NCBI GenBank assembly: GCA_041496385.1
Contig: JBGQEL010000046.1
Coordinates: 1-30,789, forward strand
DNA: 30,789 bases
DNA from: Candidatus Methylomirabilia bacterium
GTDB lineage: Bacteria > Methylomirabilota > Methylomirabilia > Rokubacteriales > CSP1-6
Direction: 5' to 3'
Shown in pieces: positions 29,823 to 30,789 of the stretch (the stretch's first letter is position 1; every line of letters starts with the position of its first letter). The translations under genes and the position numbers were made by a program. A model generated the notes under the pieces. It did no database searches, was not told the DNA's origin, and saw only the letters and a program-made list of their open reading frames with translations.

Positions 29823-30676
29823 GGGCATTCTGGAGAGCGCTCCGCCGCAACCGCCTGGCCCTCGTCGGCGGCCTCGTGGTGGCCGGGCTCGCGGTGCTCG
29901 CCGTCCTCGCGCCGGGCATCGCGCGGTGGGACCCGAACCGGCCGGACATCAAGAAGATCCTGGACGCGCCGTCGGGCGTCCACCCGCTGGGCACCGACCA
30001 GCTCGGACGCGACGTGCTCGCGCGGATGCTCTACGGCGCGCGCGTGTCGCTCGCGGTCGGCTTCGTGTCGGTCGGCATCGCGTCGCTCATCGGCACGATG
30101 CTCGGCGCGGCGGCCGGCTATCACGGCGGCCTCGTCGACGCGGCCATCATGCGGCTCGTGGACCTCATGCTGGTCTTCCCCCGCTTCTTCCTGCTCCTCG
30201 CGGTGCTGGCGTTTCTGCGTCCGTCCATCTGGACGATCATGGCCGTCATCGGGCTCACGGGCTGGATGACCTTCGCGCGGCTCGTCCGGGCCGAGTTCCT
30301 CGCGCTCCGGGAGCGCGAGTTCGTGATCTGGTCGCAGTCCGTCGGCGCGAGCGGCTTCCGGATCGTCTGGCGCCACATCCTGCCGAACGCCATGGCGCCC
30401 GTGCTCGTCGCGATGACGCTCGGCATCCCGGCCGCGATCCTCACCGAGTCGGGCCTGTCCTTCCTCGGCCTCGGCGTGCAGCCGCCCCACGCGAGCTGGG
30501 GCAACATCCTCAACGAGGGCAAGGACGCGATCGAGATCGGCTGGTGGCTCTCGCTCTACCCCGGGCTCGCGATCCTCGTCACCGTGCTCTCGTACAACCT
30601 GTTCGGCGAGGGGATCCGGGACGCGCTCGACCCGCGGCTGCGTCAGAGCGCGGGGAGAATTGTCACGCGCCGCTAG
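29819..30676 (+). CDS. Peptide/nickel ABC transporter permease (OppC/DppC-like), 285 aa
   Basis: [35 protein letters not shown] and [15 protein letters not shown] overlap with the preceding permease. Confidence 0.93.
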   Translation: MRAFWRALRRNRLALVGGLVVAGLAVLAVLAPGIARWDPNRPDIKKILDAPSGVHPLGTDQLGRDVLARMLYGARVSLAVGFVSVGIASLIGTMLGAAAGYHGGLVDAAIMRLVDLMLVFPRFFLLLAVLAFLRPSIWTIMAVIGLTGWMTFARLVRAEFLALREREFVIWSQSVGASGFRIVWRHILPNAMAPVLVAMTLGIPAAILTESGLSFLGLGVQPPHASWGNILNEGKDAIEIGWWLSLYPGLAILVTVLSYNLFGEGIRDALDPRLRQSAGRIVTRR

Positions 30677-30688
30677 GCGCGTTATACT
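30660..30688 (+). promoter_or_regulatory. Sigma70-type promoter of tRNA-Leu
   Basis: TTGTCA (30660-30665), 17 nt, TATACT (30683-30688), followed by a GC-rich discriminator. Confidence 0.75.
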
Positions 30689-30703
30689 CCGCTCTCGTCT
30701 CGC

Positions 30704-30788
<85 letters not shown>

Positions 30789-30789
30789 A

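Overview
High-GC (roughly 70% by eye) bacterial chromosomal segment, almost entirely coding on the + strand, with no mobile element, CRISPR array or long repeat visible. In order: the 5' part of a GNAT acetyltransferase (minus strand, not in the ORF track); a two-gene indolepyruvate:ferredoxin oxidoreductase (IorA/IorB-like); a minus-strand receiver-PilZ protein; an 11-subunit complex I-like operon (nuoA-B-C-[NIPSNAP]-D-H-I-J-K-L-M-N) with no nuoE/F/G; a Cys-rich TetR regulator coupled to an ECF sigma factor behind a clear operator palindrome; the housekeeping run rplU-rpmA-obgE-proB-proA-nadD-rsfS; a DksA/TraR protein, a LapB-like TPR/zinc-ribbon protein and ComF; gap-pgk-tpiA-secG; a peptide/nickel-type ABC binding protein with two permeases; and tRNA-Leu(GAG). 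The best candidate for an undescribed system is the N-module-less complex I. It carries a double-domain NIPSNAP gene abutting nuoD, has a NuoM lacking the canonical TM7 lysine, and lies next to a ferredoxin-reducing 2-oxoacid oxidoreductase. Product calls come from motif recognition by eye, and no database search was run. Start codons were re-chosen manually and are best estimates.
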